Shown in pieces: positions 20,547-31,724 of a DNA stretch of 64,000 nucleotides (position 1 is its first letter; the number at the start of each line of letters is the position of its first letter). Source of the DNA: an uncultured Erysipelotrichaceae bacterium (GTDB lineage: Bacteria > Bacillota_I > Bacilli_A > RF39 > UBA660); the NCBI GenBank assembly GCA_948444795.1, contig CAOJUX010000003.1:3451-67450 (forward strand), read 5' to 3'. Both the position numbers and the translations under genes were made by a program. Below the pieces are notes generated by a model that saw only the letters and a program-made list of their open reading frames with translations, was not told where the DNA came from and did not search any database.

Positions 20547-21494
20547 CTACTTTCTTCTTTCATTTAATTTTTTAAATATTAAATTTTGAATTACAATAAA
20601 ACCATTAGTTACAATCCAATATAATGCTATTGCTGTTGGTAATGAAAAAGATGCTACTGAAATCATTACAATCATAAATTTTAATGTAAATTGCATTTGT
20701 TTTTCCATTTCACTATTCATGGCAGAATTTTGATTCATAGAATTTTTAAATGATAAGTATGTTGTAAATATAATTAAAATAATTAATATAATATATATAT
20801 AATTGCCTTTACTTATTCCAACCCAGGGAGTCATACCTAATTTCATTCCTAGTAAACTTCCTTCAAAAATTGCTGGTACTCTATTAATTGCTTGTAAAAA
20901 AGCAAAGAATAATGGCAATTGAATAAATGCGAGCAAACAACCACTCATAGGACTTATTTTATATTTTTTATAAACCATCATCATTTCTTGACTTTTCATC
21001 ATCATTGATTCAGAATCAGTTTTATTTGCATATTTTTTTTCAAGTTTTTTTAATTCTGGTCCAGCTTTTTTCATATTTTCTTGTTGATCAACACTTTTTT
21101 TAGAAAAAGGCATCAATATTAATCTTATTAATAATCCTATTAACATTACAGATACACCATAATTTTTGATTATTTTACCAAGTTTTATAATTAACCATGC
21201 TATTGGTTTTACAAATAATGTTTCCCATAGACTTTTGTAAGCTATATCATTTGGTTTAAAATCTTCACATTTAGGTAAATCTTCTAACTTATTTTTTAAT
21301 TGATCATTAAATTGTTGATATTTTTCAATGAGTTTTTGGTCTTCAGGTTGGCAAAGAATATTATTTTGTAAGCTTTGACCTGTTTCTTCGTTGGTTACTA
21401 TTTTTTTATCTTCTTGTAAATAATTTGAATTACCACAACCACAAGATAATAATATTACTACTAAAAGTATTAGTAATTTTTTGGTATTTTTCAT
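20547..21494 (-). CDS. yidC: membrane protein insertase YidC/SpoIIIJ (lipoprotein type)
   Basis: Lipobox LLSCGC, polytopic 60-kDa-IMP core, basic C-tail, and rnpA-yidC-jag order. Confidence 0.92.
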   Translation of the reverse strand: MKNTKKLLILLVVILLSCGCGNSNYLQEDKKIVTNEETGQSLQNNILCQPEDQKLIEKYQQFNDQLKNKLEDLPKCEDFKPNDIAYKSLWETLFVKPIAWLIIKLGKIIKNYGVSVMLIGLLIRLILMPFSKKSVDQQENMKKAGPELKKLEKKYANKTDSESMMMKSQEMMMVYKKYKISPMSGCLLAFIQLPLFFAFLQAINRVPAIFEGSLLGMKLGMTPWVGISKGNYIYIILIILIIFTTYLSFKNSMNQNSAMNSEMEKQMQFTLKFMIVMISVASFSLPTAIALYWIVTNGFIVIQNLIFKKLNERRK

Positions 21495-21817
21495 TTGTTC
21501 TCCTTTATTAATTCATTTAAATTTTTAGATAATTCTTGAAAAGATGCATTAAGACAACTTTTCTTTATCATTATAATATAATCTTTATGTTTTTTAAATA
21601 AATTTTTGTTATTATCTATAATAACTCTTAATCTTCTTTTTAATTTATTTCTAATTACAGCGTTACCTACTTTTTTACTGATAGCTATTCCAAATTTAGG
21701 ATTTTCTTCTTCTTTTTCCTTTATATATATAACAAAGTAATAATTTTTTATAAAAGGACAATTAGTTATTATTTTATTAAATTCTTCTTTTTTCTTAACT
21801 ACTTCCTTTTTCTTCAT
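21491..21817 (-). CDS. rnpA: ribonuclease P protein component
   Basis: 108-aa basic protein with the motif AVIRNKLKRRLR, lying immediately downstream of rpmH. Confidence 0.9.
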   Translation of the reverse strand: MKKKEVVKKKEEFNKIITNCPFIKNYYFVIYIKEKEEENPKFGIAISKKVGNAVIRNKLKRRLRVIIDNNKNLFKKHKDYIIMIKKSCLNASFQELSKNLNELIKENK

Positions 21818-21856
21818 AAAATCCTCCTATAGTAAAAAAACCACAAAAATTAGTGG

Positions 21857-21982
21857 TTATTTAGTAATTAAATTTTTACGTCCTTTTTTTCTTCTTCTTT
21901 TTAATATTTTTGTTTCTTTACGAGCAAAAAAACCATGTTTTTTAGCTTTTTTTCTTTTATTTGGGTTATAAGTACTAAACAT
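21857..21982 (-). CDS. rpmH: 50S ribosomal protein L34
   Basis: Hand-translated 41-aa ORF MFSTYNPNKRKKAKKHGFFARKETKILKRRRKKGRKNLITK with a GGAGGAG RBS. Too short for the ORF track. Confidence 0.9.
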   Translation of the reverse strand: MFSTYNPNKRKKAKKHGFFARKETKILKRRRKKGRKNLITK

Positions 21983-21994
21983 TTCTACTCCTCC

Positions 21995-22517
21995 TTTTTT
22001 AAATAAGCTTCCTTATTATAATATTAATTATAGCTAAAAGTCAAGAAATTAGGACATAATTTTTATTATTCACTATTATTTATTTTTAATTTTCAATTAT
22101 TCTATATCTTTCTACTTCTATTATATGATAATTAACAGGCCAATATTTTAGTTTTTTTATAGAGTTTTAATATATTTTAACTAAATTTGTGGATAACTAA
22201 AATACTTTTATGATAAAAATGAAAAAATTTATATATTTGTTAATAACTTTGAAAAATTAAATGTCTATATTTTAGCATTTTAAAAGGTTTTCCACATAAT
22301 TAACAGTATTGTTGATAATATTTATAAACAATTAAATTAAAAGTTTATAAAAATTTGTGGATAATGTTGATAAATGAATTATTATAAGTTAAAATAGGGG
22401 AAATTTATGTTGATAAATTGTTGATAAAGAGTTAATAAAGATTTTATTCTTTTAATTCAACTTAAAATGAGCTAAAATGTAAGTAGTTAATGATACAAAG
22501 AAGTGGGGTGATGGAAT
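21995..22517. promoter_or_regulatory. oriC, upstream DnaA-box cluster
   Basis: TGTGGATAA at 22188..22196 and 22356..22364; TTTTCCACA at 22288..22296; TGTTGATAA variants at 22310..22318, 22365..22373, 22408..22416 and 22419..22427. Located between rpmH and dnaA. Confidence 0.85.
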
Positions 22518-23873
22518 TTGTTAGTTGACGATCTTTGGCAATGTTTTCTAGATAATATAAAAAATGAAATAAATTCTGCATCCTACAATGCTTGGTTTAA
22601 TGAGCTAAGTATTAAAAATCGGGATGACTCATCTATTATCCTAGAAGTTCCAATGGAGATTCATAAAAAAATATTAGGAGATACATACTATTCTTTAATT
22701 GAAGAAACTTTATTTAAAATAACTGGTGTTAATTATGATATAAAATTTGTATTAAAAGATGAAATGACTGATTTTACAGATACATTAGATAATAATTCTC
22801 AATTAAAAGAGTTAGATGAAGAATTTGAAACAAATTTAATTAAAGAACTAAATTTTGACAATTATATAGTAGGAGATACTAACCGGCTGGCAAAAGTAGC
22901 TGGGATGGCAGTTGCTGAACAGCCTGGGAAAATCCATAATCCTTTATTTATATATGGTAAAAGTGGCCTAGGGAAAACACATTTAATGCATGCGATAGGT
23001 AATTTTATTACAGAACATAGTAATAAAAAAGTTTTATATACTACCAGTGATTGGTTTATGAATGATTATACTGGAATTGCCAATTTAGAAAAAGGAGAAA
23101 ATACTATTGATTATGCTAATAATTTTAAGAATAAATACAGAAATGTAGATGTCTTAATAATTGATGATATCCAATATTTAGTAGGGGCTGAAAAAACTCA
23201 ACAAGAATTTTTTCATACATTTAATGCACTGCATCAAGCAAATAAACAAATTATAATAAGTTCAGATAGAAGTCCTGATGATTTAAAAATATTAGAAGAA
23301 AGACTTAGAAGTAGATTTATGTGGGGACTTCCAGTTGATATATATCCACCTGATTTTGATCTTAGATGCAGAATTATTAAAGCAAAAATTAAAAATACTT
23401 CTATTGCAGATAAATTAGATACAAATGTTATTGAATTTATTGCTAATAGTTGTCAAAATGATGTAAGATTTTTAGAAGGAGCTTTAAATAGATTAATGGC
23501 TTATACAGCAATGGTTGTTCCTGATAAAATAGATTTAGAATTTGCTAATGAAGCTTTAAAAGATTTTATTAATAAAAATATATATTCGGAAAATGATATA
23601 TCTAGTATTCAACAAGTTATTGCTGAGTTCTATAATATAAAAGTCGAAGATTTAAAAGGGAAAAAGAGAAGTGCTAATATTGCTTATCCTAGAATGGTAG
23701 GAATGTACCTAGCAAGAATGCTTACAGATGAAACTTTTCCACGGATAGGTTTAGAGTTTGGAGGTAGAGATCATTCAACTGTAATTCATGCTTGTGATAA
23801 AATAGAAGAAGATTTAAAAACAAATAAAAAATTAGAAACAGAAATAGATACTATTAAGAATAAATTACAATAA
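22518..23873 (+). CDS. dnaA: chromosomal replication initiator protein DnaA
   Basis: TTG start; Walker A GKSGLGKTHL; C-terminal DNA-binding domain (GGRDHSTVIHA). Confidence 0.97.
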   Translation: MLVDDLWQCFLDNIKNEINSASYNAWFNELSIKNRDDSSIILEVPMEIHKKILGDTYYSLIEETLFKITGVNYDIKFVLKDEMTDFTDTLDNNSQLKELDEEFETNLIKELNFDNYIVGDTNRLAKVAGMAVAEQPGKIHNPLFIYGKSGLGKTHLMHAIGNFITEHSNKKVLYTTSDWFMNDYTGIANLEKGENTIDYANNFKNKYRNVDVLIIDDIQYLVGAEKTQQEFFHTFNALHQANKQIIISSDRSPDDLKILEERLRSRFMWGLPVDIYPPDFDLRCRIIKAKIKNTSIADKLDTNVIEFIANSCQNDVRFLEGALNRLMAYTAMVVPDKIDLEFANEALKDFINKNIYSENDISSIQQVIAEFYNIKVEDLKGKKRSANIAYPRMVGMYLARMLTDETFPRIGLEFGGRDHSTVIHACDKIEEDLKTNKKLETEIDTIKNKLQ

Positions 23874-24017
23874 TGTTTATAACTTACTCAAAATGTTTAT
23901 TGATATAAACACTATATATTAAGAGAAAAATATCTATTTAAAAGAAATATTTAAGTTATAAACATTATCAACGCCATTATTAATATTATTATAATTAAAA
24001 AGAAAGAAGGAATAAAA
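23874..24017. promoter_or_regulatory. oriC, downstream part (degenerate DnaA boxes plus AT-rich candidate unwinding element)
   Basis: TGTTTATAA at 23874..23882, TTATAAACA at 23956..23964, TTATCAACg at 23965..23973, then an almost pure A/T stretch up to the dnaN RBS. This is analogous to the B. subtilis dnaA-dnaN spacer. Confidence 0.55.
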
Positions 24018-25136
24018 ATGAAATTTGCAATTGATAAAAATATATTATTAGAAAATCTAAATAATGTTATAAAAGGTATATCAACTAAAAATGTTATACC
24101 AATATTAAATGGAATAAAATTTGACTTAACGAACGAAGGGCTTTCTTTAACTGCTAGTGATAGTGAACTTACTATTAATTCTTTTATAGAAAGTAAAAAT
24201 ATAAAAAATATAATAACTTGTGGAACTATAGTTATTCAAAGTAAATTTATATTAGATATTATTAGAAAACTGCCAAGTGATATCATTAATTTTGAAGTGA
24301 TTGATAGTTTAAAAATAAAAATATATACTGATAACAGCCAATATAATTTAAATTGTCTAGACAGTAATGATTATCCTAATATGAAAATAGAAGAACATAA
24401 GGATCCTATTATTATAACTGGAGATATTTTAAAAAGTTTAATTAATCAAACTGTTTTTGCTATATCTACTCAAGAATTAAGACCAATTCTTACAGGAATT
24501 AATTTAACAATAGTTGGAGATGACTTAACTATTATAGCCACTGATTCTTATCGATTAGCTAAAAAAAATATAAAGCTTACTTCTTCTGTTAATAATGATG
24601 TTAATATTGTTATTCCTGGCAAAAATATAACAGAATTAGAAAAAATTTTAGATGATGATAGTGATGTTGAATTACATATTTTTAATAATAAAGTATTATT
24701 CAAATATAAAAATATTAAGTTTCAAACTAATTTATTATCAGGTACTTATCCTAATATAAATAATTTAATTCCGACTGAGTTTTCTATTACAGCTAAACTC
24801 CAAAAGAATGAATATACTTCTTGTGTTGATAGGGCTGCTTTATTAACCCAAGGTAAAGATAAAAATATTATTAAAATGAAAATAGAGAATAAGGAAATGC
24901 TTATTACTTCTAATGCTTCTGAAATAGGTAAAGTAGAAGAAAAGCTAATTGTAGATACAGATATGAGTTCAAATATAGATATATCATTTAGTTCTAGATA
25001 TATGCTAGAGGCTTTAAAAACTATAAAAGGTGATGATATAGTCTTACTTTTAATAAATGATGTTAAACCAATTATTATTAAATCTTTATCTGATGAATCT
25101 TTAATTCAGTTAATATTACCAATAAAAACTTACTAA
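24018..25136 (+). CDS. dnaN: DNA polymerase III beta sliding clamp
   Basis: 372 aa, in the position after dnaA, with typical beta-clamp three-domain length. Confidence 0.95.
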   Translation: MKFAIDKNILLENLNNVIKGISTKNVIPILNGIKFDLTNEGLSLTASDSELTINSFIESKNIKNIITCGTIVIQSKFILDIIRKLPSDIINFEVIDSLKIKIYTDNSQYNLNCLDSNDYPNMKIEEHKDPIIITGDILKSLINQTVFAISTQELRPILTGINLTIVGDDLTIIATDSYRLAKKNIKLTSSVNNDVNIVIPGKNITELEKILDDDSDVELHIFNNKVLFKYKNIKFQTNLLSGTYPNINNLIPTEFSITAKLQKNEYTSCVDRAALLTQGKDKNIIKMKIENKEMLITSNASEIGKVEEKLIVDTDMSSNIDISFSSRYMLEALKTIKGDDIVLLLINDVKPIIIKSLSDESLIQLILPIKTY

Positions 25137-25150
25137 TCGTAAGTTTTTTT
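25125..25150 (+). terminator. rho-independent terminator after dnaN
   Basis: aaaacttac (25125..25133) pairs with gtaagtttt (25139..25147), followed by a T-run. Confidence 0.65.
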
Positions 25151-25221
25151 CATAATTCGACAAAGTTTTATTTGTTTTTTTAGTAATATAGACCTAAATT
25201 TTCCTGTTAGGGGGTGAAATT

Positions 25222-25674
25222 ATGGAAAATTATGAAATAAATGATAAAACAGTAGCTTTATATGCTATGAATAATAAAACACGAGTTTACGAACTTGATG
25301 ATAATTTTGTAGTTAATAAAGCAGCCAGTACTATAATGGAAGAAAGTTGCTTATATCATGGTAGTTCACTAAATGGTAGAAAAAAAGGTACAGAAGCTTT
25401 AATTGGACCTGTATATAGAGCTCCTATTATTGTTTCAGAAAGTAAAGATATTATTTTTTTTCCAACTTCTTCACCAAGAAATAAAGATTGTACATGGCTT
25501 CGATTTGATGAAGTAGATAAGTTTTATTATAAAGGAAATAAATTAATTATTGAATTTAAAAATGGTGAATGTTTACCTTTGAATACTACTTATGGAGTTA
25601 TCGATAATCAAATTCTTCGAGCGGCTCGATTAGAGTCTATTCTAAGAAAGCGAAAAAAAGAAAAAAGCTTTTAA
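25222..25674 (+). CDS. comK: ComK-family competence transcription factor-like protein
   Basis: Colinear with B. subtilis ComK landmarks: YEIN..T.A, SCLYHGSSLNGRKKGT, YRAPIIV, IIFFPTSSPRNKDCTWL, NG..LPL, Q.LRAARL. Confidence 0.75.
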   Translation: MENYEINDKTVALYAMNNKTRVYELDDNFVVNKAASTIMEESCLYHGSSLNGRKKGTEALIGPVYRAPIIVSESKDIIFFPTSSPRNKDCTWLRFDEVDKFYYKGNKLIIEFKNGECLPLNTTYGVIDNQILRAARLESILRKRKKEKSF

Positions 25675-25762
25675 AAATGTTATATTTATGTTATAATTTT
25701 AATAGGTATAGGAGTGCACAGATACCTATTATTTTATTATATGGACGTAAAAGAGGCTAAAT

Positions 25763-26860
25763 ATGCAAATACAGGAGTTGAAATTACTAAATTATAGAAA
25801 TTTTAAGAAAATAGATGTAACTTTTTATGACAATCTTAATGTTATATTTGGTAAAAATGGAAGTGGTAAAACCAATTTAGTAGAAGCTATTTATGTACTT
25901 GCTCTTTCTAGATCTTTTAAGCAAATTAATGATAAATCTTTAATCCTAAAAGGAGAAAATCTAACAAAAATTGAAGGGATACTTAATAATAATTATCAAA
26001 CAAATTATAAAGTTATAATTACAGATGAAGGTAAAAAAGTATTAATAAATAATAATAGAGTTACTAAAATAAGTGATTATATTTCCAAATTAAATATTGT
26101 GCTTTTTAATCCTAATGATTTAAGAATGATTAAAGACACTCCTAGTATTAGAAGAAGATATTTAAATATTTCAATATCTCAAATGGATGTGTTATACTTA
26201 AAAAATTTGAATGATTATAATAAATTGTTAAAAATTAGAAATTCATATTTGAAACAAATGATGTTAAATGGTAATTTAAATAAAGATTATTTAAATATAG
26301 TTACTGAAAAACTAGTTGATATTGGATTAAAACTAGTATCTGTTAGAGAAGAATTTATTAAAAAAATGAACCAGTTAATGGCTTCTTTTTATGATAAAAT
26401 AGCTCAAAGTGGTAGTTTAGAACTAGAATACAAAAGTGATTATAAAAATAAAAATAGAGAAGAATTACTGAGTTTGTATAAAAAAAATTTAGAAAAAGAT
26501 ATGAGTTTTGGAAAAACAACAATGGGACCTCATCATGATGATATTAAATTTTTATTAGATAAAATGAATTTGAAAGATTATGGAAGTGAAGGGCAACAAA
26601 AAAATACTGTTATATCTTGGAAATTTAGTGAAATTGCGTTTATAAAAGAAAAGTTGGGTGTGACTCCAATATTAATTTTAGATGATTTGTTAAGCGAATT
26701 AGATATAGAAAAAATTAAAAATATATTTGAATTAATTGAAAATGATATACAAACATTTATAACTACGACAGAGATTGAAAAATTAGATTTTTTATTAAAA
26801 AAGCATAATTCAAAAAAATTTTTGGTTGAATCAGGATCAATAAGGGAGGTAAGAAATTAA
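25763..26860 (+). CDS. recF: DNA replication/repair protein RecF
   Basis: Walker A GKNGSGKTN, signature-like GSEGQQK, Walker B ILILDD. Confidence 0.95.
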   Translation: MQIQELKLLNYRNFKKIDVTFYDNLNVIFGKNGSGKTNLVEAIYVLALSRSFKQINDKSLILKGENLTKIEGILNNNYQTNYKVIITDEGKKVLINNNRVTKISDYISKLNIVLFNPNDLRMIKDTPSIRRRYLNISISQMDVLYLKNLNDYNKLLKIRNSYLKQMMLNGNLNKDYLNIVTEKLVDIGLKLVSVREEFIKKMNQLMASFYDKIAQSGSLELEYKSDYKNKNREELLSLYKKNLEKDMSFGKTTMGPHHDDIKFLLDKMNLKDYGSEGQQKNTVISWKFSEIAFIKEKLGVTPILILDDLLSELDIEKIKNIFELIENDIQTFITTTEIEKLDFLLKKHNSKKFLVESGSIREVRN

Positions 26861-28792
26861 ATGAATAAAGAAGAACATTATGATGCATCAGATATTCAAG
26901 TATTAGAAGGTTTAGAGGCGGTTAGAAAAAGACCAGGTATGTATATTGGAACAACTGATGTTAAAGGACTGCATCACTTAGTTTGGGAAATTGTTGATAA
27001 TGCAATAGATGAAGCTATGGCTGGATATTGTAAAAACATTGAAATTGTTATCAATAAAGATAATTCTATTACTGTTAAAGATGATGGCCGTGGTATTCCT
27101 GTTGGTGTGCATCCAAAAACTGGTCTTTCTACAGTTGAAACTGTTTATACCGTTCTTCATGCTGGAGGTAAGTTTGGCGGCGGCGGCTATAAAGTGGCTG
27201 GAGGACTTCATGGTGTCGGAGCAAGTGTTGTTAACGCTTTATCTACTCGTGTTACTGTTACTGTTTATAAAGATGGTAAGATATATGAAACCAAATTTGA
27301 AAATGGAGGAAAAATAGTACAGACCTTAACTGTAATTGGAACTTGTGAAAAAAATAGAAGTGGGACTACTGTAACTTTTAAACCAGATAGAGATATATTT
27401 GATACAGAGATTTATGAATATGAAACTTTAAAAACAAGAGCAAGAGAACTGGCCTTTCTAAATAAAGATTTAAGAATAACTTTAAGAGATGATCGTGATT
27501 TAGAAGATACTACTGGTGATACGTTTCTTTATGAAGGAGGAATTAGTGAGTATGTTAAGTATTTGAATAAAAATAAAACTCCTATTCATGAAGAAATTAT
27601 TCATTTAGATGGAGAAGAAGAGGGCATCTTTTTTGAAGTAGCACTTCAATATAATTCTGGTTATACTGATAATATTTATTCTTTTGTTAATAATATAAAT
27701 ACTCATGATGGCGGAACTCATGAAGAAGGTGTTAGAAGAGCTTTAACTAGAGTTATTAACAATTATGCCAAGAAAAATAATATTTTAAAAGATAAAGATG
27801 ATTCTTTAACTGGTGAGGATGTTAAAGAAGGTTTAACTATGATTGTTTCTTGTAAGCATCCAAATCCTCAATTTGAAGGTCAAACAAAAGGTAGACTTGG
27901 CAATTCTGAAGTTAGAAAGCTTGCAGATAGTGTTTTTGCTCAAGGTTTTGAACGTTTTTTAATGGAAAATCCAGATGAAGCTAAGATAATAATTGATAAA
28001 GCAATGACAGCATCTCGTGCGAGGGTAGCAGCTAAAAAAGCAAGAGAGCTTACCAGAAGAAAAACTGATTTAGATGTAGTGAATTTTGGTGGTAAACTTG
28101 AAGATTGTAAAGAAAAAGATCCTTCTGTTTGTGAAATATTTTTAGTCGAAGGAGATAGTGCAGGAGGATCTGCTGTAAAGGCGAGAAATTCTATGACACA
28201 AGCAATACTTCCTTTACGTGGAAAGATATTAAATGTGGAAAAAGCACGACTTGATAGGGCTTTATCTAATGAAGAAATTAGAACAATAATTACGGCATTT
28301 GGTACTGGAATAGGAAATGATTTTGATTTAAGCAAATTAAGATATGATAAAATTATTATTATGACAGATGCCGATGTTGATGGGTCTCATATTAGAGTAC
28401 TTTTACTTACTTTGTTCTATAGATTTTTTAGACCTATAGTAGAAGCAGGTCATGTTTATGCAGCCCAACCACCACTTTTCTGTATCAAACATGGTAAAAC
28501 AATTAAATATGTTTCAGATGAAGTGGCAAAAGATGCATATATTAATACTTTGCTTGCAAGTAATCCTAATATTAAGTATGAATTATTACGTATGAAAGGT
28601 TTAGGAGAGATGGATGCAGAGGAGTTAAATGAAACTACTATGGATATTAATAATAGAATTTTAAAAAGGATTACAGTAGATGATTTAATCAGTGCAGATG
28701 AGGCATTTACTAAACTTATGGGTGAAGAAGTAGAACCAAGGAGAAAGTTTATAGAAGATAATGCTTTATTTACAGAGCATTTGGATGTATAG
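26861..28792 (+). CDS. gyrB: DNA gyrase subunit B
   Basis: GHKL ATPase N-terminus, Toprim [17 protein letters not shown] motif. Confidence 0.98.
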   Translation: MNKEEHYDASDIQVLEGLEAVRKRPGMYIGTTDVKGLHHLVWEIVDNAIDEAMAGYCKNIEIVINKDNSITVKDDGRGIPVGVHPKTGLSTVETVYTVLHAGGKFGGGGYKVAGGLHGVGASVVNALSTRVTVTVYKDGKIYETKFENGGKIVQTLTVIGTCEKNRSGTTVTFKPDRDIFDTEIYEYETLKTRARELAFLNKDLRITLRDDRDLEDTTGDTFLYEGGISEYVKYLNKNKTPIHEEIIHLDGEEEGIFFEVALQYNSGYTDNIYSFVNNINTHDGGTHEEGVRRALTRVINNYAKKNNILKDKDDSLTGEDVKEGLTMIVSCKHPNPQFEGQTKGRLGNSEVRKLADSVFAQGFERFLMENPDEAKIIIDKAMTASRARVAAKKARELTRRKTDLDVVNFGGKLEDCKEKDPSVCEIFLVEGDSAGGSAVKARNSMTQAILPLRGKILNVEKARLDRALSNEEIRTIITAFGTGIGNDFDLSKLRYDKIIIMTDADVDGSHIRVLLLTLFYRFFRPIVEAGHVYAAQPPLFCIKHGKTIKYVSDEVAKDAYINTLLASNPNIKYELLRMKGLGEMDAEELNETTMDINNRILKRITVDDLISADEAFTKLMGEEVEPRRKFIEDNALFTEHLDV

Positions 28793-28804
28793 TGGGGTGG
28801 TATT

Positions 28805-31291
28805 ATGAATCAAGAAAAAGATAAAATAATAGAAAATGATATAGTAGAAGAGATAAATAAGTCATTTTTAGACTATTCAATGAGTGTTATTATGTCAAGA
28901 GCAATACCAGATTTGAGAGATGGATTAAAACCAGTTCATCGAAGAATTTTATGGTCTATGTATGAATCCGGGTATACACCAGATAAATCTCATAAAAAAT
29001 CAGCTCGTATTGTTGGTGATGTAATGGGTAAATATCATCCTCATGGTGATTCTTCAATATATGAAGCTATGGTTAGAATGGCTCAAGATTTTAGCTATCG
29101 TGTACCTTTAGTTGATGGACATGGTAATTTTGGTAATATAAATGGTTCTGGTGCAGCAGCATCACGTTATACAGAAGCAAGGCTTAGTAAAGTTTCTTTA
29201 GAGTTACTTAGAGATATTAATAAAGATACTGTTGATAAAATTCCTAACTATGATGAACTTGAAGTAGAGCCTCAAGTTTTACCTTCACGTTTTCCAAATA
29301 TACTTGTTAATGGAACTATGGGGATAGCTGTTGGTATGGCAACTAATATTCCTCCTCATAATTTGGGAGAGGTTATTGATGGGTGTGTTGCATATATTGA
29401 CAATCCAGATATTGATGTTGATGGATTAATGAAATATATTAAAGGTCCAGATTTTCCAACAGGCGGTATTATTTTAGGTAATAGTGGGATTAAAAAAGCT
29501 TACGAAACAGGTAGAGGTACTATTACTATAAGAAGTAAAGCAACTATAGAAGAAAAAAATGGAAAACATTATATTATTATTGACGAAGTTCCTTATGGAA
29601 CAAATACTAGTGATTTAAAGGATAAGGTTGCTGAACTTGTTCACAATAAAATTATTGATGGGATCAGTGATTATCATACTGATTTAAAAAATGGTGTTAA
29701 GATTACTATTACTTTGAAGAGGGATGCTAATCCTCAAGTTGTCCTTAATAATTTATATAAACATACTAAATTTCAAGATACTTTTGGCATAATCTTTTTG
29801 ATGCTTGATAATGGAGTTCCTAAAACTTTAGGACTTAAAGATATTATTTTAAAATATATTGATTATCAAAAAGAGGTTATTATTAGAAGAACTAGGTTTG
29901 AACTTAAAAAAGCTGAGGATAGAGTACATATTTTAGAGGGTTATAAACTTGCTCTTGATAATATTGATGAGGTTATTAAGATTATTAAAGAAGCTAAAAC
30001 TGATGTAATTGCTCGAGAGAACTTGATTTCTCGTTTTGGATTTAGTGAAATTCAAGCAAATGCAATTTTGGAATTAAAATTACGTCGTTTAACTGGTTTA
30101 GAACGTGAAAAAATAGAAGAAGAATTAAACGAATTATTAGCTAAGATTGAATATTTGAGATCTATTTTGGCAAGTGAGGAAAAAGTTCTTGCTATAATTA
30201 AAGAAGAATTAATTGAAATTAAAAATAAATATAGTGATGATAGAAGAACTGCTATAGATATGACAGCAATTGATTATATTGAAGATGAATCATTAATACC
30301 AGAGGAAAATATTGTTGTAGCACTTACCCACAATGGTTATATTAAACGTACAACTTCTGATACATTTAAAATTCAAAATCGTGGTGGTGTAGGTGTTAAA
30401 GGAATGAATATTAATGAAGAGGATTTTGTTGAAAATATTAGCAACTTATCAACACATGATTTTCTATTTTTCTTTACTAATAAAGGTAAAGTTTATAGAT
30501 TAAAGGGTTATGAAATTCCATTATTTGGTAGAACTAGTAAAGGACTTCCAATTATTAATTTATTACAAATAGAAAAAGATGAAAAAATAACTTCCTTATT
30601 ATCGGTTAAAAAAGATGAACAATCTAAGTATTTATTATTTGTTACAAAACTTGGTATTGTTAAACGTACACTTCTTAATGAATTTGATAATATAAGAAAT
30701 AGTGGTAAAATTTGTATTAATTTAAGAGATGATGATGAGCTTATTTCTGTTCAAAAAACCACAGGTGAGAATAATATTTTATTAGGTTCTAGTGATGGAC
30801 GTATGGTTAAATTTAATGAAAACGAAGTACGTGTAATGGGTAGAACTGCAAGTGGGGTTAAAGGTATAAGTTTAGTAAATCAAACTTGTATTGGTGCTAT
30901 TAAAGCTCTTGAAGAAGATCAAATTATAATTGTTACTGAAAAAGGTTACGGAAAACAAACTAACGTTTGTGACTATCGTCAAACAAAACGTGGTAGTAAG
31001 GGTGTTAAAGCTTTAAATATTACTGATAAAAATGGTAATATGGTTGCATTTAAACTTGTAAAAAATAATTGTGATTTAATTATTGTGACTGATACAGGAA
31101 TGATAATAAGGGAACCTTTAGAACAAGTTAAAGTTTTGGGAAGAGTTACTCAAGGTGTTAAATTAATAAATTTAAAAGATGGTCAAAGTGTATCCACTAT
31201 TAGTTTGATTAGTAATGAAACTGATGAAGATTTAAATGATGAAGATCAAAATAATAATGTTTCACGTGAAACATCAGAAAATAAAGAATAA
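28805..31291 (+). CDS. gyrA: DNA gyrase subunit A
   Basis: Motif [27 protein letters not shown], active-site [10 protein letters not shown], and a C-terminal beta-pinwheel with acidic tail. Confidence 0.98.
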   Translation: MNQEKDKIIENDIVEEINKSFLDYSMSVIMSRAIPDLRDGLKPVHRRILWSMYESGYTPDKSHKKSARIVGDVMGKYHPHGDSSIYEAMVRMAQDFSYRVPLVDGHGNFGNINGSGAAASRYTEARLSKVSLELLRDINKDTVDKIPNYDELEVEPQVLPSRFPNILVNGTMGIAVGMATNIPPHNLGEVIDGCVAYIDNPDIDVDGLMKYIKGPDFPTGGIILGNSGIKKAYETGRGTITIRSKATIEEKNGKHYIIIDEVPYGTNTSDLKDKVAELVHNKIIDGISDYHTDLKNGVKITITLKRDANPQVVLNNLYKHTKFQDTFGIIFLMLDNGVPKTLGLKDIILKYIDYQKEVIIRRTRFELKKAEDRVHILEGYKLALDNIDEVIKIIKEAKTDVIARENLISRFGFSEIQANAILELKLRRLTGLEREKIEEELNELLAKIEYLRSILASEEKVLAIIKEELIEIKNKYSDDRRTAIDMTAIDYIEDESLIPEENIVVALTHNGYIKRTTSDTFKIQNRGGVGVKGMNINEEDFVENISNLSTHDFLFFFTNKGKVYRLKGYEIPLFGRTSKGLPIINLLQIEKDEKITSLLSVKKDEQSKYLLFVTKLGIVKRTLLNEFDNIRNSGKICINLRDDDELISVQKTTGENNILLGSSDGRMVKFNENEVRVMGRTASGVKGISLVNQTCIGAIKALEEDQIIIVTEKGYGKQTNVCDYRQTKRGSKGVKALNITDKNGNMVAFKLVKNNCDLIIVTDTGMIIREPLEQVKVLGRVTQGVKLINLKDGQSVSTISLISNETDEDLNDEDQNNNVSRETSENKE
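31258..31273. promoter_or_regulatory. parS site (perfect consensus) inside the 3' end of gyrA
   Basis: TGTTTCACGTGAAACA matches the Firmicute parS consensus TGTTNCACGTGAAACA. Confidence 0.85.
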
Positions 31292-31296
31292 TTGTT

Positions 31297-31327
31297 AGAA
31301 GACTGCTGAAAAAGTAGTCTTTTTTTA
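31297..31327 (+). terminator. rho-independent terminator after gyrA
   Basis: agaagact pairs with agtctttt (one G-U pair), loop gctgaaaaagt, followed by a T-run. Confidence 0.6.
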
Positions 31328-31421
31328 TACTTTAAATAATGTCAAAATTAAATTTAATTTATTTTCTATAATTATTAAGGAAAATAATAAATTAAACTAG
31401 CTAAAAAAACATAAATTTCAA

Positions 31422-31437
31422 TGTTTCACGTGGAACA
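31422..31437. promoter_or_regulatory. parS site (one mismatch)
   Basis: TGTTTCACGTGGAACA. Confidence 0.8.
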
Positions 31438-31672
31438 TTGCTTGATTTTTTATAAATTTTTATTTAAATATATTTAAAGGAAAAGTGATTATAAATAACA
31501 AACATAAAAAAAGTTTATACAAAAGACTAGAATCATTATAAATTTTATAAGCATTTAACATATCTTAGAAAATATTTATATTTTTACTTTCAAAAGTAGT
31601 AAAATCTGTTTAATAATTTTATTAACATCATTTAATATGGGAAATTGTAACATATGAATGTTAGGCGATTGA

Positions 31673-31688
31673 TGTTCCACGTGGAACA
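31673..31688. promoter_or_regulatory. parS site (perfect palindrome variant)
   Basis: TGTTCCACGTGGAACA, ending 1 nt before the -35 box of the SRP RNA promoter. Confidence 0.8.
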
Positions 31689-31724
31689 TTTGCAAATTAA
31701 ATTATTAAGTGTTATTATTTAAAA

